Position numbers and translations under genes: made by a program
Assembly: GCA_963788195.1 (NCBI GenBank)
Contig: CAWBGA010000013.1
Location: forward strand, 224,001 to 288,000
Reading direction: 5' to 3'
From: Nitrospirota bacterium
GTDB lineage: Bacteria; Nitrospirota; Nitrospiria; Nitrospirales; NS-4
DNA length: 64,000 bases
Notes under the pieces: model-generated
The model's database searches: none
Seen by the model: the letters and a program-made list of their open reading frames with translations, nothing else
Told to the model about the DNA's origin: nothing
Part shown: positions 43,271 to 54,790 of the stretch, piece after piece
Layout: every line of letters starts with the position of its first letter
Numbering within the stretch: the first letter of the stretch is position 1

Positions 43271-44986
43271 TCACGCTTGCGTGCGGGAAACGAAAGCGTC
43301 GCTGGCAGTGTTGAGTGTCGCGAAGATGGAATCGGTACCGATGTGTTCCATCGTCCCGGCGCGTTCGAGCATGTTACGCACCTCACGGCGTACGTTCGCA
43401 AGGCCGAAGCGAACGCCCCGTCCGGCCAGTTCTTCGGCAAGGGATTCGAGCATTTCCGCGCCGGTGATGTCCACCTGATTGATCGTGCTTCCATCCACGA
43501 TCAACCATTCGACGTCCGGGTGGCTGGCGACAATCTCCAGCACGCGTTTCTTGAAGTACCCCGCATTAAAGAACACGATCGCAGAGCCGAATCGGTAGAT
43601 CACCAGGCCGGGATGGGTAATGGCATCTTGATGGTGAGCCACCTCGTGCCATCCTCTCATCCCCGGCACATGGCCCAACAGGGCATCCGGCGGTCGTGAG
43701 GTGCGCTTGATGAGCAGGAGTAACGCGCTGCCCACCGCCAAGAGAATACCCTCCAGCAGATCCAACCAGATGACGCCGAGCATGGTGAATAGGGCCAGTC
43801 CACACTCCGCTCGGCTCACACGCCACATCCTGTGCAGCGCAGCACCATCGAATAGTCCGACGGCAGCAACGATCAGCACCGCACCCAACGCCGCCACCGG
43901 CAAGTATTGCAGGGGTTCGGTCAGGAAGAAGAGCACCACTGCCATCGTCGCAGCCGCGATGAGCCCAACCATCTGGGTCTTGCCACCCATGGCATCATTG
44001 ACCGCGGTTCGCGAGTCAGCCCCGGCTACGGTGAAGCCCTGTGACAAGCCGGCGGCGATCTGGCTGGCACCTAGCGCGATGAACTCCTGGTCGGCGTCGA
44101 TGTCGTAGCGGTTCCGCGCGGCAAAACTCCTCGCCGTTACCATGCCGCTACTGAAGCTCACTAGGGCCACGCCCAAGGCGCCGCCGAGCAGAGGTTTCAG
44201 GAGCTCCGGATCGAAATGCGGCCACCTCAACTCCGGGAGTCCTGCCGGCAATGCACCCACGACCGCCACACCTTTGGCCTCCAGACCCAAACCATAAACT
44301 AGGGCCACTGCCGCCACGGTGGCCAGCAACGGCGCCGGCGCGAGAGGCGACAAGCGCTTGCTCACCATGATGACCGCGAGGGTCGTCAATCCAACGGCAA
44401 GTGTCGGCAGATGGGTTTGAGGCAGCTTTCCGGCAAACTCGATGAGCCGCGGTACGATACCGGGCGAGTGCACGGCGAAACCGAACACTTTCCCGATTTG
44501 GCCGAGAAAGATGCTGATCGCCACGCCGTTGAGATAACCGACCAGGATCGGCTTCGCGAGAAAGTCGGCGACAAAGCCGAGCCGGAAGATCCCCGCAGCG
44601 ATGCAAACCAGCCCGGTCAACACCGTCAGTGCCACTGACAGTGACCGGAGGGTCTCGGGGTCGCCGGCGGCGAGCGGCAGCACCGTGGCGGCAAACACAG
44701 CGCACGTGGCAGCGTCGGGATTCACGATAAGCTGCCGCGAGGTACCGAACAGCGCGTAGGCCACGAGCGGAAGGATGGCCGCATACAACCCGACGATCGG
44801 CTCGAACCCGATCAGTTGCGCATAGGCGATCGCGGTGGGCACTGCGACTGCAGCAACCGAGACGCCGGCTAGTAGATCGGAGCGCAGCCATTCGCGCCGA
44901 TAGGCGAGGAGTTTCAGAAGACCAGGCGCAAAACGACCTATCACTGCCTTAGAGTCGTTCCATGGAGTCGTTGGATTTGCTGCCAT
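43271..44986 (-). CDS. sulP: SulP/SLC26 family anion transporter with STAS domain
   Basis: DLLAG.SVAAV.VP.AIAYA, GLYA, SRTAVN...GG.TQ, C-terminal STAS (FFNA, DITG). Confidence 0.93.
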   Translation of the reverse strand: MAANPTTPWNDSKAVIGRFAPGLLKLLAYRREWLRSDLLAGVSVAAVAVPTAIAYAQLIGFEPIVGLYAAILPLVAYALFGTSRQLIVNPDAATCAVFAATVLPLAAGDPETLRSLSVALTVLTGLVCIAAGIFRLGFVADFLAKPILVGYLNGVAISIFLGQIGKVFGFAVHSPGIVPRLIEFAGKLPQTHLPTLAVGLTTLAVIMVSKRLSPLAPAPLLATVAAVALVYGLGLEAKGVAVVGALPAGLPELRWPHFDPELLKPLLGGALGVALVSFSSGMVTARSFAARNRYDIDADQEFIALGASQIAAGLSQGFTVAGADSRTAVNDAMGGKTQMVGLIAAATMAVVLFFLTEPLQYLPVAALGAVLIVAAVGLFDGAALHRMWRVSRAECGLALFTMLGVIWLDLLEGILLAVGSALLLLIKRTSRPPDALLGHVPGMRGWHEVAHHQDAITHPGLVIYRFGSAIVFFNAGYFKKRVLEIVASHPDVEWLIVDGSTINQVDITGAEMLESLAEELAGRGVRFGLANVRREVRNMLERAGTMEHIGTDSIFATLNTASDAFVSRTQA

Positions 44987-45029
44987 TCGAATGGTGCCAG
45001 GAAATCAGTATCTCACAGGGAGAATCCCG

Positions 45030-45182
45030 GATCGAACCTGTCACTTTTGACAGTTTCTCTCTCCCCCGCTTTTCTATATAAGAACGATCAATCGGCTCCG
45101 CTCTATGCGCCGAAGGGGAAGGTGCCTCAATGGCGGCTTACTCTCCCCGCCGGTGAAGCGGGTCGATTAACATAGGTGTTTC
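45030..45182 (+). repeat. ~150-bp dispersed repeat copy 2: lux-box-like site, -10 and structured leader
   Basis: Near-identical to 24823-24976; lies between divergent sulP and the DUF4136 gene. Confidence 0.9.
45090..45168 (+). ncRNA. Candidate structured RNA (three-way junction), copy 2
   Basis: Same helices as copy 1; differences fall in loops or change G-U to G-C. Confidence 0.5.
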
Positions 45183-45194
45183 ACGAAGGGCGCC

Positions 45195-45785
45195 ATGGCT
45201 GATATGAATCCCCCTCCAAAGATAGACGGCGCTGTTAAGCGTCTTGCCCTGTCGGTTCTTTGCATCGTGATCGCGGCCTGCGGGGGTCCGACAATCAACG
45301 CCTTGCACGACCCCGAGGCCTTGTCGGACTTCGGGCGCTACCAAACGTACGCCTGGCGGCCGCACCCCTCGCCGGAGACCGGCGTGAACCCCGCTGTGGG
45401 CCCGCTCGTGGTCGGCGCCGCGGATGAAGCCTTGGCGGCCAAGGGTTACCGTCTGGCGGCCGCCGGCACCGCGGACTTCCTCATCGCCTGGCAGGTAACC
45501 ATCGAGGCCAAGCAGCAGGTGTCGGAAATCGACATCAGCCCACACTCCGTGGCTCCCGGGGGGCGTTTGCCCGCAGGACCGCCCGTACGCCGGACAGTCC
45601 CTCTCACTAGAGAGTTCAATGAGGGGACTTTGATTCTGGACATTATAGATAGCCCCACGCAGCGCCATGTCTGGCGGGGTTGGGCCCAGGGGGAGGTTCA
45701 GAAGGATGTCGAGCCCGGAGTGCGCGAAAAGCGGATCAGGGAAGCCGTCCGAAAGATTGTCGACAAGTTTCCGTCGAAGCGATAG
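45195..45785 (+). CDS. DUF4136 family lipoprotein
   Basis: Lipobox IAAC; DF..Y.TYAW; L.AKGY; EGTLILDIID....VWRG. Confidence 0.85.
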   Translation: MADMNPPPKIDGAVKRLALSVLCIVIAACGGPTINALHDPEALSDFGRYQTYAWRPHPSPETGVNPAVGPLVVGAADEALAAKGYRLAAAGTADFLIAWQVTIEAKQQVSEIDISPHSVAPGGRLPAGPPVRRTVPLTREFNEGTLILDIIDSPTQRHVWRGWAQGEVQKDVEPGVREKRIREAVRKIVDKFPSKR

Positions 45786-45811
45786 GGACACATCATGTGT
45801 GAGGTTATGCC

Positions 45812-46072
45812 ATGACCCTGAAACGAGCAATGGTTCTGGGGGTGGCCGCGCTGACGTTCACGTTGGCCGGCTGCACGACCTATTACAAGATCAGCGATCC
45901 GGCCGGCACCAGGGAATACTACACCACGGAAGTTGATACCACCAAGGCCGGCGCCATCCGCTTCACGGACGAGAAAACACAGGCCGAAGTCACGTTGCAG
46001 TCCTCCGAAGTAAAGAAAATCTCCAAAGAGGAGTTCAAGGCCGGAGTCAAGAAAGGGCAGGAGAAGAAGTGA
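45812..46072 (+). CDS. Small lipoprotein, YgdI/YgdR-like
   Basis: Lipobox LAGC; YYKISDP....YYT; I.FTD.KT...VTLQ.SEV. Confidence 0.65.
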   Translation: MTLKRAMVLGVAALTFTLAGCTTYYKISDPAGTREYYTTEVDTTKAGAIRFTDEKTQAEVTLQSSEVKKISKEEFKAGVKKGQEKK

Positions 46073-46260
46073 GATTAGCCGCGCTCGCTCCAGTATGCGG
46101 GCAAGAAGCGCCGACGAGCCGCCTGAGGGGCATTGTGTGCCTTGCTTCCATTATAGATGTTGTGCTAGTTTCAGTCCCCCGCGTAGAAGGCCCGATTTCA
46201 CCCGCCTGTTGGGGGGTGTTTCTAGGGATCGCCCCGTACACGAACAGGGAGGACAACAAG

Positions 46261-47494
46261 ATGCATCCGACCAAAATTGTGAGCACGACTACCATGGTTA
46301 GTCCTCCTTTCAGGCCATACTCCGCTGCTAGGTTGAGCCCACTTCCGATAGCTCTGCTTGCATGTCTCGTGACGGCAGCCGGTCTCGGCTGCAAACAGGA
46401 GGCCTCTTCCACTTCCGCACAGGCCAAGCCTGAGGTCGAGGTCGTGGAGGCGGTGCAGAAGGATGTGCCGATTTATTCCGAATGGATCGGATCGGCTGAT
46501 GGCATGGTCAATGCGATTATCAAGGCTCAGGTGAGCGGATACTTGATGAAGCAAAACTATGTCGAAGGCGCGTTCGTGAAGAAAGGTCAGGTGTTGTTCG
46601 AGATTGACCCAAGGAAGCTTCAAGCGGCGCTTGATCAGGCAAAGGGGCAGTGGGAAAAGGCCCAGGCTCAGGTCGTGAAAACGCAACAGGATGTCAAGCG
46701 CGATACGCCGCTTGCTCAAGGCGGCGCGATCAGTCAGAAGGAACTGGACGACTCGACTCAGTTAAATCTCGCGGCGCGAGCGTCAATGGCGTCCGCAAAG
46801 GCTGCCGTTGAGGAGGCGCAGTTAAACGTTGCCTTCGCCAAAATCATCGCGCCCATTGACGGCGTAGTCGGGATCGCCAAAGCGCAGGTCGGGGATCTCG
46901 TCGGCCCCGGAGACGAGCTGACGTCTATGTCCACGCTTGATCCGATCCGAGTGTATTTCCCCGTCAGTGAGCAGGAGTATTTCGCAGCGGCCGAGAAGAT
47001 CCAGCAAGCCTACAAAGAACGAGAACAGAACAAGGACCGTCCGGGCGTGCTTGAGCTTATCCTGGGTGATGGCACAGTCTTTCCGCATAAGGGCAAGTAT
47101 TTACTCGTCAATCAGGCAAGTCGACGTGAAGACCGGAACCATTCTACTCGCCGCGCAGTTTCCCAACCCGGACAATCGTCTTCGTCCGGGACAATTCGCT
47201 CGGGTACGAGCCATCACCCAAACCAAAGAGGGAGCGGTCCTGGTTCCTCAACGCACGGTAACTGAATTGCAGGGCAGCTATCAGGTGGCCGTCGTGAATG
47301 CCGACGATAAAGTGGAAATCCGTCCCGTGAAGGTCGGTCAGCGAGTGGGCAACCTGTGGATCATCGAGGAAGGACTCAAGGCCGGCGACCGAGTGGTGGC
47401 AGAGGGACTGCAAAAGCTCAAGGCCGGTATGACGGTGAGTCCGAAGGTGTTCACGCCGGAACTGGAAGGCAAACAAGGCGATTCAAAAGCTTAG
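46261..47494 (+). CDS. RND efflux periplasmic adaptor (MFP; frameshift near 47118)
   Basis: I.AQVSGY, EG.FVKKGQ.LF.ID, I.APIDG..G, FPNP...LRPGQF, GL.AGDRVV.EG.QK. Confidence 0.9.
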
Positions 47495-47540
47495 GCGTCC
47501 GCACCCTCTTCGAGCCACGAGTTAGGTCCGAGCAAGGACC

Positions 47541-50500
47541 ATGGCAAAATTCTTCATCAATCGACCCATCGTGGCGATGGTCATCTCCATCCTCATGGTG
47601 ATCCTCGGCCTCGTGGCGATGGTCCAGCTTCCCATCGCGCAGTTTCCCGACATCGCTCCACCGGAAATCCTCTTGACGGCCACCTACGTCGGTGCCGATG
47701 CCGTCACCCTCGAACAGTCGGTCGCCACCCCCATCGAGCAGCAGATGAGCGGGGTGGACAACATGATCTACATGTACTCCGTGAACGCCAGCAATGGGCA
47801 GACGAACCTGCGGGTGGACTTCGACATCAACACGGTCCCGAACGACGACCAGATCCTGACGCAGATGCGGTACTTGCAGGCCGAATCGCAACTGCCGCAG
47901 GAGGTAAGAAACTACGGCGTCACCATCAAGAAATCAACCACGAGCCCGCTGGCGCTCTTTTCTCTCTACTCGCCCAAGGGAACCTACAACGACCTTTGGC
48001 TGAACAATTACGCCTACATCAACATGAACGATCCCCTGACGCGCGTTCCGGGCGTCGGCCAAGTCACGATCTTCGGCGCCGGCCAATACGCGATGCGGTT
48101 CTGGGTGCGGCCGGACGTGCTGGCCAAACTCGGAATCACCGTCCCCGAGATCCTCAACGCGATCAAGCAACAGAATACGGTGAACCCGGCAGGACAGATC
48201 GGCGCCGAGCCTGTCCCCGCCGGGCAGGAGTTTACCTATACGCGTCCGCGCGCAGGGGCGGTTGCTCACCAAGGAGGAGTTCGAGAAACATCATCGTCCG
48301 GGCGAACCCCGACGGGTCGGTTGTGCGGCTAAACGACGTTTCCCGGATCGAGCTCGGCTCTCAGATGTACAACAACAAAAGCCGGTTGAACGGCAAGCCG
48401 GCCGCGCTCATAGCCATCTATCAGATTCCGGGCTCCAACGCGATCGACACGATGAACGGGGCGAAGAAGCTGATGGAGGAAATGAAGGGGCGATTTCCGG
48501 CCGACCTTGACTACGTGGTCGCCCTCGACACGACGCTGGCGGTCCGGGCAGGGATCAAGGAGATCGTAAAGACCTTGTTTGAAGCGCTGGTCCTCGTCGT
48601 CATCGTCGTCTACATCTTCCTGCAAGGCTGGCGCGCCACGTTGATCCCGCTTCTCGCCGTGCCGGTCTCCCTGATCGGAACCTTCGCCGTCTTTCCGATG
48701 CTCGGGTTCTCGATCAATACGCTGTCACTCTTCGGACTGGTGCTCGCGATCGGTCTGGTCGTGGACGATGCCATCGTGGTCGTCGAGGCCGTCGAGCACC
48801 ACATCGAGGAGGGGATGTCGCCGAAGGATGCGACCTTGAAAGCGATGGAGGAAGTCTCGGGCCCGGTGATCGCGATCGCGCTGATCCTGGTCGCGGTCTT
48901 TGTGCCGACCGCATTTATCCCCGGTATTACCGGCCGGCTGTACCAGCAGTTTGCCATCACCATCGCGTTGTCCGTGGTGATCTCGGCGTTCAATGCGCTC
49001 ACGCTCAGCCCGGCCCTCTCGGCGCTGCTGCTCCGCCCCAAGAAACCGGCGCGAGGCCCGCTCGGCATGTTTTTCGGCTGGTTCAATCGCTGGTTCGATC
49101 GGGCCACCGACGGCTACACCAGTGCCTGCGCCCACTTGATCCGCAAAGTCCGGACGCGCGATGGTCTTACTGGCGGTGTTCACGATTGCCGCGGGCTTCT
49201 TCGGCATGCGGCTCCCGATGGGTTTTCTACCGTCCGAAGACCAGGGCTATGTATACCTGAATGTCCAACTGCCCATGGCCTCGTCTCTTCAGCGAACCGA
49301 TGCGGTCTGCAAAAAGATCGAGGAGATCCTGAGCAAGACGCCGGGCGTGCAGTATGCCTCCACGATTGTCGGCTACAGCCTGCTCAGCAGCGTGAGCACC
49401 ACCTATAACGCGTTTTTCTTCGTCTCGCTCGCTCCGTGGGACGAACGCAAAAAACCCGAGGAGAAACTCCAGGCGATCTTCAAGCGTGTCAACCAGCAAC
49501 TGTCCGAATTACCTGAAGCCCAAGCGTTCCTCTTCCCGCCGCCGGCTATCCCCGGCGTCGGCACTTCGGGGGGCGTATCGTTCATTCTCGAAGACCGGGC
49601 CGGCAAGGACATCGCGTTTCTCGCTGAGCACACGCAGAAGTTCATCGAGGCGGCCCGTCAGCGGCCTGAAATCGCCGGCGTCAACACCACCTTCATCCCG
49701 AGCGTCCCGCAGGTCTCTGCGAAGGTCGACCGGGACAAGGTGCTGAAACAAGGGGTCGACCTCGGTGACGTCTATCAGACCCTTCAAACGTTTATGGGAG
49801 GGGTCATGGTGAACTACTTCAACCGGTTCGGGCGCGTGTGGCAGGTCTATGTCCAAGCCGAAGGTGAGTTTCGGACCCGTCCCGAGAACGTCGGCCAATT
49901 CTACGTGAAGAACGCCTCCGGTAATATGGTCCCTCTCTCCACATTGGTATCGATGGAGACGACGTCCGGGCCGGAATTCACCTTGCGCTACAACGCCTAC
50001 CGGTCCTCCCAATTGTTCGTGTCTGCGAAGCCAGGCTACAGTTCCGGCCAGGTGATGAAGGCACTCGAAGAAGTCTTTGCCCAGACCATGCCTACCGACA
50101 TGGGCTACGACTACATCGGGATGTCCTTCCAGGAGAAGGTAGCGGCACAAGGGGTACCGGCGAGCGCCATCTTCGGGTTTTCTCTGCTCGTTCGTGTTTC
50201 TCATTCTCGCGGCGCAGTATGAGAGTTGGACGTTGCCGTTCAGCGTGCTGATCTGCACGCCGATTGCGGTCTTCGGCGCGTTCGGAGCCTTGTGGGCCCT
50301 CGGGCTGGAAAACGATGTGTTCACCCAGATCGGCCTGGTGATGCTCATCGGCCTTTCCGCAAAAAACGCGATCCTCATCGTGGAATTCGCGAAGATGGAA
50401 TATGAGAAGGGCAAAACGATCGCGGACGCGGCACTCGCGGCAGCCCGGGTGCGGCTGCGCCCCATCCTGATGACGTCATTTGCGTTCATCCTCGGTGTTG

Positions 50501-50766
50501 TCCCGCTTGTCCTCTCCAGCGGGTCGGGGGCGCACGGGCGAATCCTCCTCGGTGTCGCAGTCCTCGGAGGAATGCTGGCTGCGAGCTTCATTGCGATCTT
50601 CTTGATCCCGGTCGCTTACTCCGCCATAGAGAGCCTGGTGCACCGCCATGATCACCCCACGCCTGGAGCACCGAAGCCAGGGCCGTCAGGCGATGGTGAA
50701 GCGCGGCACATCACGCCCTCACCCGACATCTGTTCCGCCCATGCCAGGTTCGAGGGACAGCACTAA
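47541..50766 (+). CDS. RND efflux permease, HAE1 (AcrB/MexB-like; frameshifts near 48240, 48285, 49150, 50192)
   Basis: FFI.RPI.A.V, LPIAQFPDIAPP, LAIGLVVDDAIVVVE, ALTLSPAL, GLSAKNAILIVEFA, RLRPILMTS. Confidence 0.92.
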
Positions 50767-50767
50767 G

Positions 50768-52240
50768 ATGCATCGGTTTATGCTGACAGCGGTAGCGCTC
50801 CTCTTGCTCAGCGCGTGCAAGATGGGGCCGGACTACACCAGGCCGGAGACGCCGACCGGAGACGCCTGGCGTCTGGCGCCGGCGACGGCGGAATCTTTCG
50901 CCAATTTGCCTTGGTGGGAGCTGCTCAAAGATCAAGAACTTCAGAAGTTGATCCGAACCGCGCTGGAGGAGAACCAGGACCTGCGGGTTGCCGTTGCCAG
51001 CATCGAGCAGTTCCGGGCTCAACTGTTCATCGCCAAGTATGACCTCATCCCTTCGGTTGGTTATGTAGGCAGCGCCCAGTACTTTCACAACACGAAGGAT
51101 GCAGTGGGCATTGGACCCGTAAACATTCCGGATGCATCCAACAACGATCGGTCAGGGGGAAGGGACTTCTCACATGAGTCCGCAACGGCCGGCGTCAAAT
51201 GGGAGATCGATCTCTGGGGCCGCATCCGGAGATCGATCGAAGCGGCTCGAGCCCAACTCCTTACGCAAGAGGAGAACCAGCGCGCGGTGATCATCGGATT
51301 GGTCGGCAATGTCGCCGAAGCCTATTTCGATCTCCGTGGGCTTGATTTGCAGGTAGACATCACCAAGCGGACGCTCAAGTCGTGGGAAGACAGCGTCAGG
51401 GTTTCCAGGCTCCGCTTTGAGCACGGCGACATTTCTAAACTCGATTTAAATCGATTCGAGGCGGAACGCGCGGGCGCCGCGGCGCAGCTGGCCGAACTGG
51501 AGCAACTGGTGGTCCAACAAGAGAATCAACTCAGCCTGTTGCTCGGGCGAAGGCCGATGCCGATTGCCCGCGGCCTCGCTCTTACAGCCCAGACCATGCC
51601 TCCGGAAGTGCCGCCGGGCCTTCCTTCGGCCTTGCTTCAGCGCCGTCCGGACATCGTGCAGGCCGAACAGGAACTGGTTGCGGCGAACGCGAATATCGGG
51701 GTCGCTCAGGCGCATCGCTTTCCGCAATTCGCGCTCACGGGCACCGCGGGGGTGGCTGGTTTTCAGCTGACGGGGACCTCGGCGGTGGGTCCATTCGGGA
51801 CCTTCGGGGCTTCCGCCGCTCTCACGGGACCGATTTTCAACGCAACGGCGCTGGGCTATCAGGTGCAGGTGGCGGAGGCGCAAACCAGGGGAGCCGTAGC
51901 CCAGTACCAAAAAAGGATTCTCACAGCGTTTAAGGAAGTAGAGGATGCGCTGATCGCCGTGCAAAAGTTGCGCGAGCGGCGGGAGGCTCAGGAGCAGCAA
52001 GTGCAGGCCTTACAGTCTTCATTGAGCCTCGCGACCCAGCGCTACCAGGGAGGCAGGGCCAACTATCTCGATGTCCTGACCGCGCAGCGGAATCTGTTTG
52101 ATGCGGAGTTGGCCCTCGCCAGGACGCGGCGTGCGCAACTTGTGTCAGTGGTCCAACTCTACAAGGCCCTGGGCGGCGGGTGGTCACCGGCTGCCCCTTC
52201 CGAGGCTCAGGCGCGGCCCGTGTCATCCTCACCGCGCTAA
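50768..52240 (+). CDS. RND outer-membrane factor lipoprotein (NodT/OprM family)
   Basis: Lipobox LSAC.MGPDY.RP; WEIDLWGR.RR; GLPS.LLQRRPDI..AE; LYKALGGGW. Confidence 0.93.
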   Translation: MHRFMLTAVALLLLSACKMGPDYTRPETPTGDAWRLAPATAESFANLPWWELLKDQELQKLIRTALEENQDLRVAVASIEQFRAQLFIAKYDLIPSVGYVGSAQYFHNTKDAVGIGPVNIPDASNNDRSGGRDFSHESATAGVKWEIDLWGRIRRSIEAARAQLLTQEENQRAVIIGLVGNVAEAYFDLRGLDLQVDITKRTLKSWEDSVRVSRLRFEHGDISKLDLNRFEAERAGAAAQLAELEQLVVQQENQLSLLLGRRPMPIARGLALTAQTMPPEVPPGLPSALLQRRPDIVQAEQELVAANANIGVAQAHRFPQFALTGTAGVAGFQLTGTSAVGPFGTFGASAALTGPIFNATALGYQVQVAEAQTRGAVAQYQKRILTAFKEVEDALIAVQKLRERREAQEQQVQALQSSLSLATQRYQGGRANYLDVLTAQRNLFDAELALARTRRAQLVSVVQLYKALGGGWSPAAPSEAQARPVSSSPR

Positions 52241-52298
52241 TGTAGAGATTCAAAACGCCAACGACTCATCACACAACACAAACAAAGGAGAATCGCTT

Positions 52299-52787
52299 AT
52301 GACACTGTTACGAATCGCTCTGCTCGTCCTCGTCGCGGCGCTCGCGGCGCCCGCGATGCCCGCAACCGCCCAGGACAAGGGGATGAGCAATACGGATATG
52401 GAGATCCTCCGCCAGAAGATCAGCGCGGACAAGAAGCTGCTGATCGCGTCGAACATGGACCTCACCGAGCCCGAAGCCAAGGCGTTCTGGCCCATCTACG
52501 ACGCGTACCAGAAGGACTTGCAACAGATCAACGAACGGATCGTCAAGGGCCTCAGGGTCTATGCCGAGGCCTACAAAAAGGGCCCGCTGCCGGATGCACT
52601 GGCGAAGCAGCTGCTCGATGAAATGCTGGCCATCGAGGAGGCTGACGCCGCGCTGAAGCGGTCGTATACTCCGAAGCTCCTCGCGGCGCTGCCTGCGGGC
52701 AAGGTCGCGCGGTATATCCAAATGGAAACCAAGATCCGTGCCCTGGTGCGACTCGACCTCGCGGCAAACGTTCCGCTGGTGCCGTGA
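52299..52787 (+). CDS. Hypothetical secreted helical protein
   Basis: SD AAGGAG; signal peptide; KK.LI..NM.LTE.EAKAFWP.Y..YQ; KVARY.Q.E.KIR. Confidence 0.7.
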   Translation: MTLLRIALLVLVAALAAPAMPATAQDKGMSNTDMEILRQKISADKKLLIASNMDLTEPEAKAFWPIYDAYQKDLQQINERIVKGLRVYAEAYKKGPLPDALAKQLLDEMLAIEEADAALKRSYTPKLLAALPAGKVARYIQMETKIRALVRLDLAANVPLVP

Positions 52788-52843
52788 CGGCTGTTCATCC
52801 GGAAACCATCAGGCTGGAAGGCTGACGATGACGACGAAGCGTC

Positions 52844-52913
52844 CGCCATCCGCTTCACGGACGAGAAAACACAGGCCGAAGTGACGTTGCAGCCGTCCGA
52901 AGTAAAGAAAATC
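52844..52913 (+). pseudogene. Internal remnant of a duplicate of the 45812 small lipoprotein gene
   Basis: 70 bp matching 45952-46021 with 3 mismatches. Confidence 0.8.
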
Positions 52914-53848
52914 GCGCTAGTCCTCTTGCTTCTCTGTTCGGCGCTGCTGCCGGGCGCGCTGGCTCCAGCATACGGGCAAGAAGCGCCGACGAGCGAGCCG
53001 GAGGCGGCCGAGCCGATCGAGACAGACGATCCTGCTACCGCGCCTGATGAGGAAACCCGGAAACGTCGGCTGTTCAAACGGCTTGGGCCGCAGGTGCTGA
53101 CGCCGGAAGAGCAGGAACAGGCGTCGCGGCTGTCCAAGATCGCCGCGGCGCAAGGGACGGATCCCACGGCCATCGTCGGACGGTTCCAGCTTTCCACACG
53201 CTATATTGACCTGCCCGGCAACAGCCGGGTCACTACGCTGGTAGGTAGGCTGGACCTGGCCCTTCGCAACAACTGGCTGCTGCGGGTGGATGTGCCACAG
53301 GTCTGGACGGACCCGAATCTCCCGGGCGTCCCGAACCAGAGCGGTCTGAGCGATCTGTTCGTACGAACCGGCGGGCGTGTGTACTCGGCTCCCGGGTATG
53401 CCTTCTTCGCCGGGGTGGATTTTACCTTCCCGACCGCCGCCGACCCCCCGGACCGCCCCTGGGCCTTGGGAAGTACACGATCGGCCCGCTTGCCGCGACA
53501 GCTCGCGTGCTTCCCAATATAAATTCCTTCCTGTTCGGATTGATCCAGCATCAGACCACGATCGGCGGCGACCCTTCGAGAAAGGATGTCGAGTTGTCCC
53601 GCTTTGCACTCACTATGAATACTGTCTGGGCGGAGTGGTGGTGGACCCAGGCGCAGGGCCTCATCACACTGGACTGGAATCGCAAAACCAGGAGCGGCAT
53701 GACACTGGAATTCCAGGGCGGCCGCCGGCTCACTCCGAAGTGGCTGGTGTACGTGCAACCCGGCGTCGGGGTTTGGGGGAGAGACGTTTTTGGCAACTAT
53801 GACTGGACGGTGGAGGTTGGCTTCAGGCGCATGTTCGCGAGTTTTTGA
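52881..53848 (+). CDS. Putative outer-membrane beta-barrel/transporter-like protein (frameshift near 53455; chimeric start)
   Basis: Paralogue of 7459-8358 (RVDVP, GL.D...RTG, FPT, GGDPSR, W..W.., YDW..EVG.R.MF). Confidence 0.65.
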
Positions 53849-53991
53849 GATGACGCTGAAAGTGAAAGGACTCCACGGCGGCACGATGACGCCAACAACG
53901 ATGATGATTGCCCGGTCAGCGCGAACGCGATGCGCGCACGCTTGAATGACATGCTCAGTGTCCAGATGACACGCCTCGAGAGGAAGGAATT

Positions 53992-54744
53992 ATGAGACTC
54001 CAAAACCGCTACATTCAGTTCGCACTCGCTGCTGTGCTCTGTTTGATTCTGACGGCCTGCGCCACCGCCAGCAAGTGGCAATACCCGCCTCAGCCGCCGG
54101 GCACCTTGCTCGACAAGAAGGCCGCCACTACATTGCCGGCGCGGGTGGCAGTCCTGCCGCTTCGTGATGAGCGGGGCACTGCAACGCAATCCTACGGCTG
54201 GCTCGCCGCCATTCCCTTGGTTCCCTACGGGGTCAACTCCTCCGATCGGCCGGAAAGCGCTCAAGATCCCGGACCTGCTCCCATTGTGAAAATGGATCCG
54301 ACGAAGGATTTCCCCCGGGCGGTTGCCGACGAACTCCGGAACGCCTCCATCTTTTCCGGCGTGACGTTCGCCGAGAACAACGACCCCGCGGGGGCTGACC
54401 TGGTCTTGGCAGGCACGCTCCGTTCCACCAAGTGGCGACGATCCACTACCACCTACGGACTCGGCCCTGTCGGTCCCCTCCTGTGGATCCTGGGCGCCCC
54501 GATTGGGAACGGCACCAGCACCGTTGTCATGGATTACAACCTCACTCCGGCGAACGATCCCTCGCGCATCCTCTGGGCTTTTTCCATGGAGGCCGAGGAC
54601 CAGCACATCATCGGCATTTATTTAGGGCTGGAAGACGGGGGGGAGGGCTATGCGAGAGCCGTGCAAGAGGCCAGCCGGCAGGTCGTGCCTGACCTCATAA
54701 AAGTTGCCGCCGAGAGGCCAGACGACTTCAAGGCCTCCCGATAG
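53992..54744 (+). CDS. Hypothetical lipoprotein
   Basis: Lipobox LTAC; VAVLPL.DERG; SD AAGGAA. Confidence 0.7.
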   Translation: MRLQNRYIQFALAAVLCLILTACATASKWQYPPQPPGTLLDKKAATTLPARVAVLPLRDERGTATQSYGWLAAIPLVPYGVNSSDRPESAQDPGPAPIVKMDPTKDFPRAVADELRNASIFSGVTFAENNDPAGADLVLAGTLRSTKWRRSTTTYGLGPVGPLLWILGAPIGNGTSTVVMDYNLTPANDPSRILWAFSMEAEDQHIIGIYLGLEDGGEGYARAVQEASRQVVPDLIKVAAERPDDFKASR

Positions 54745-54790
54745 ACAGGACGGTCAGGGGGAAGTTAGGAAAACCAAAGGAGGGACGAAC

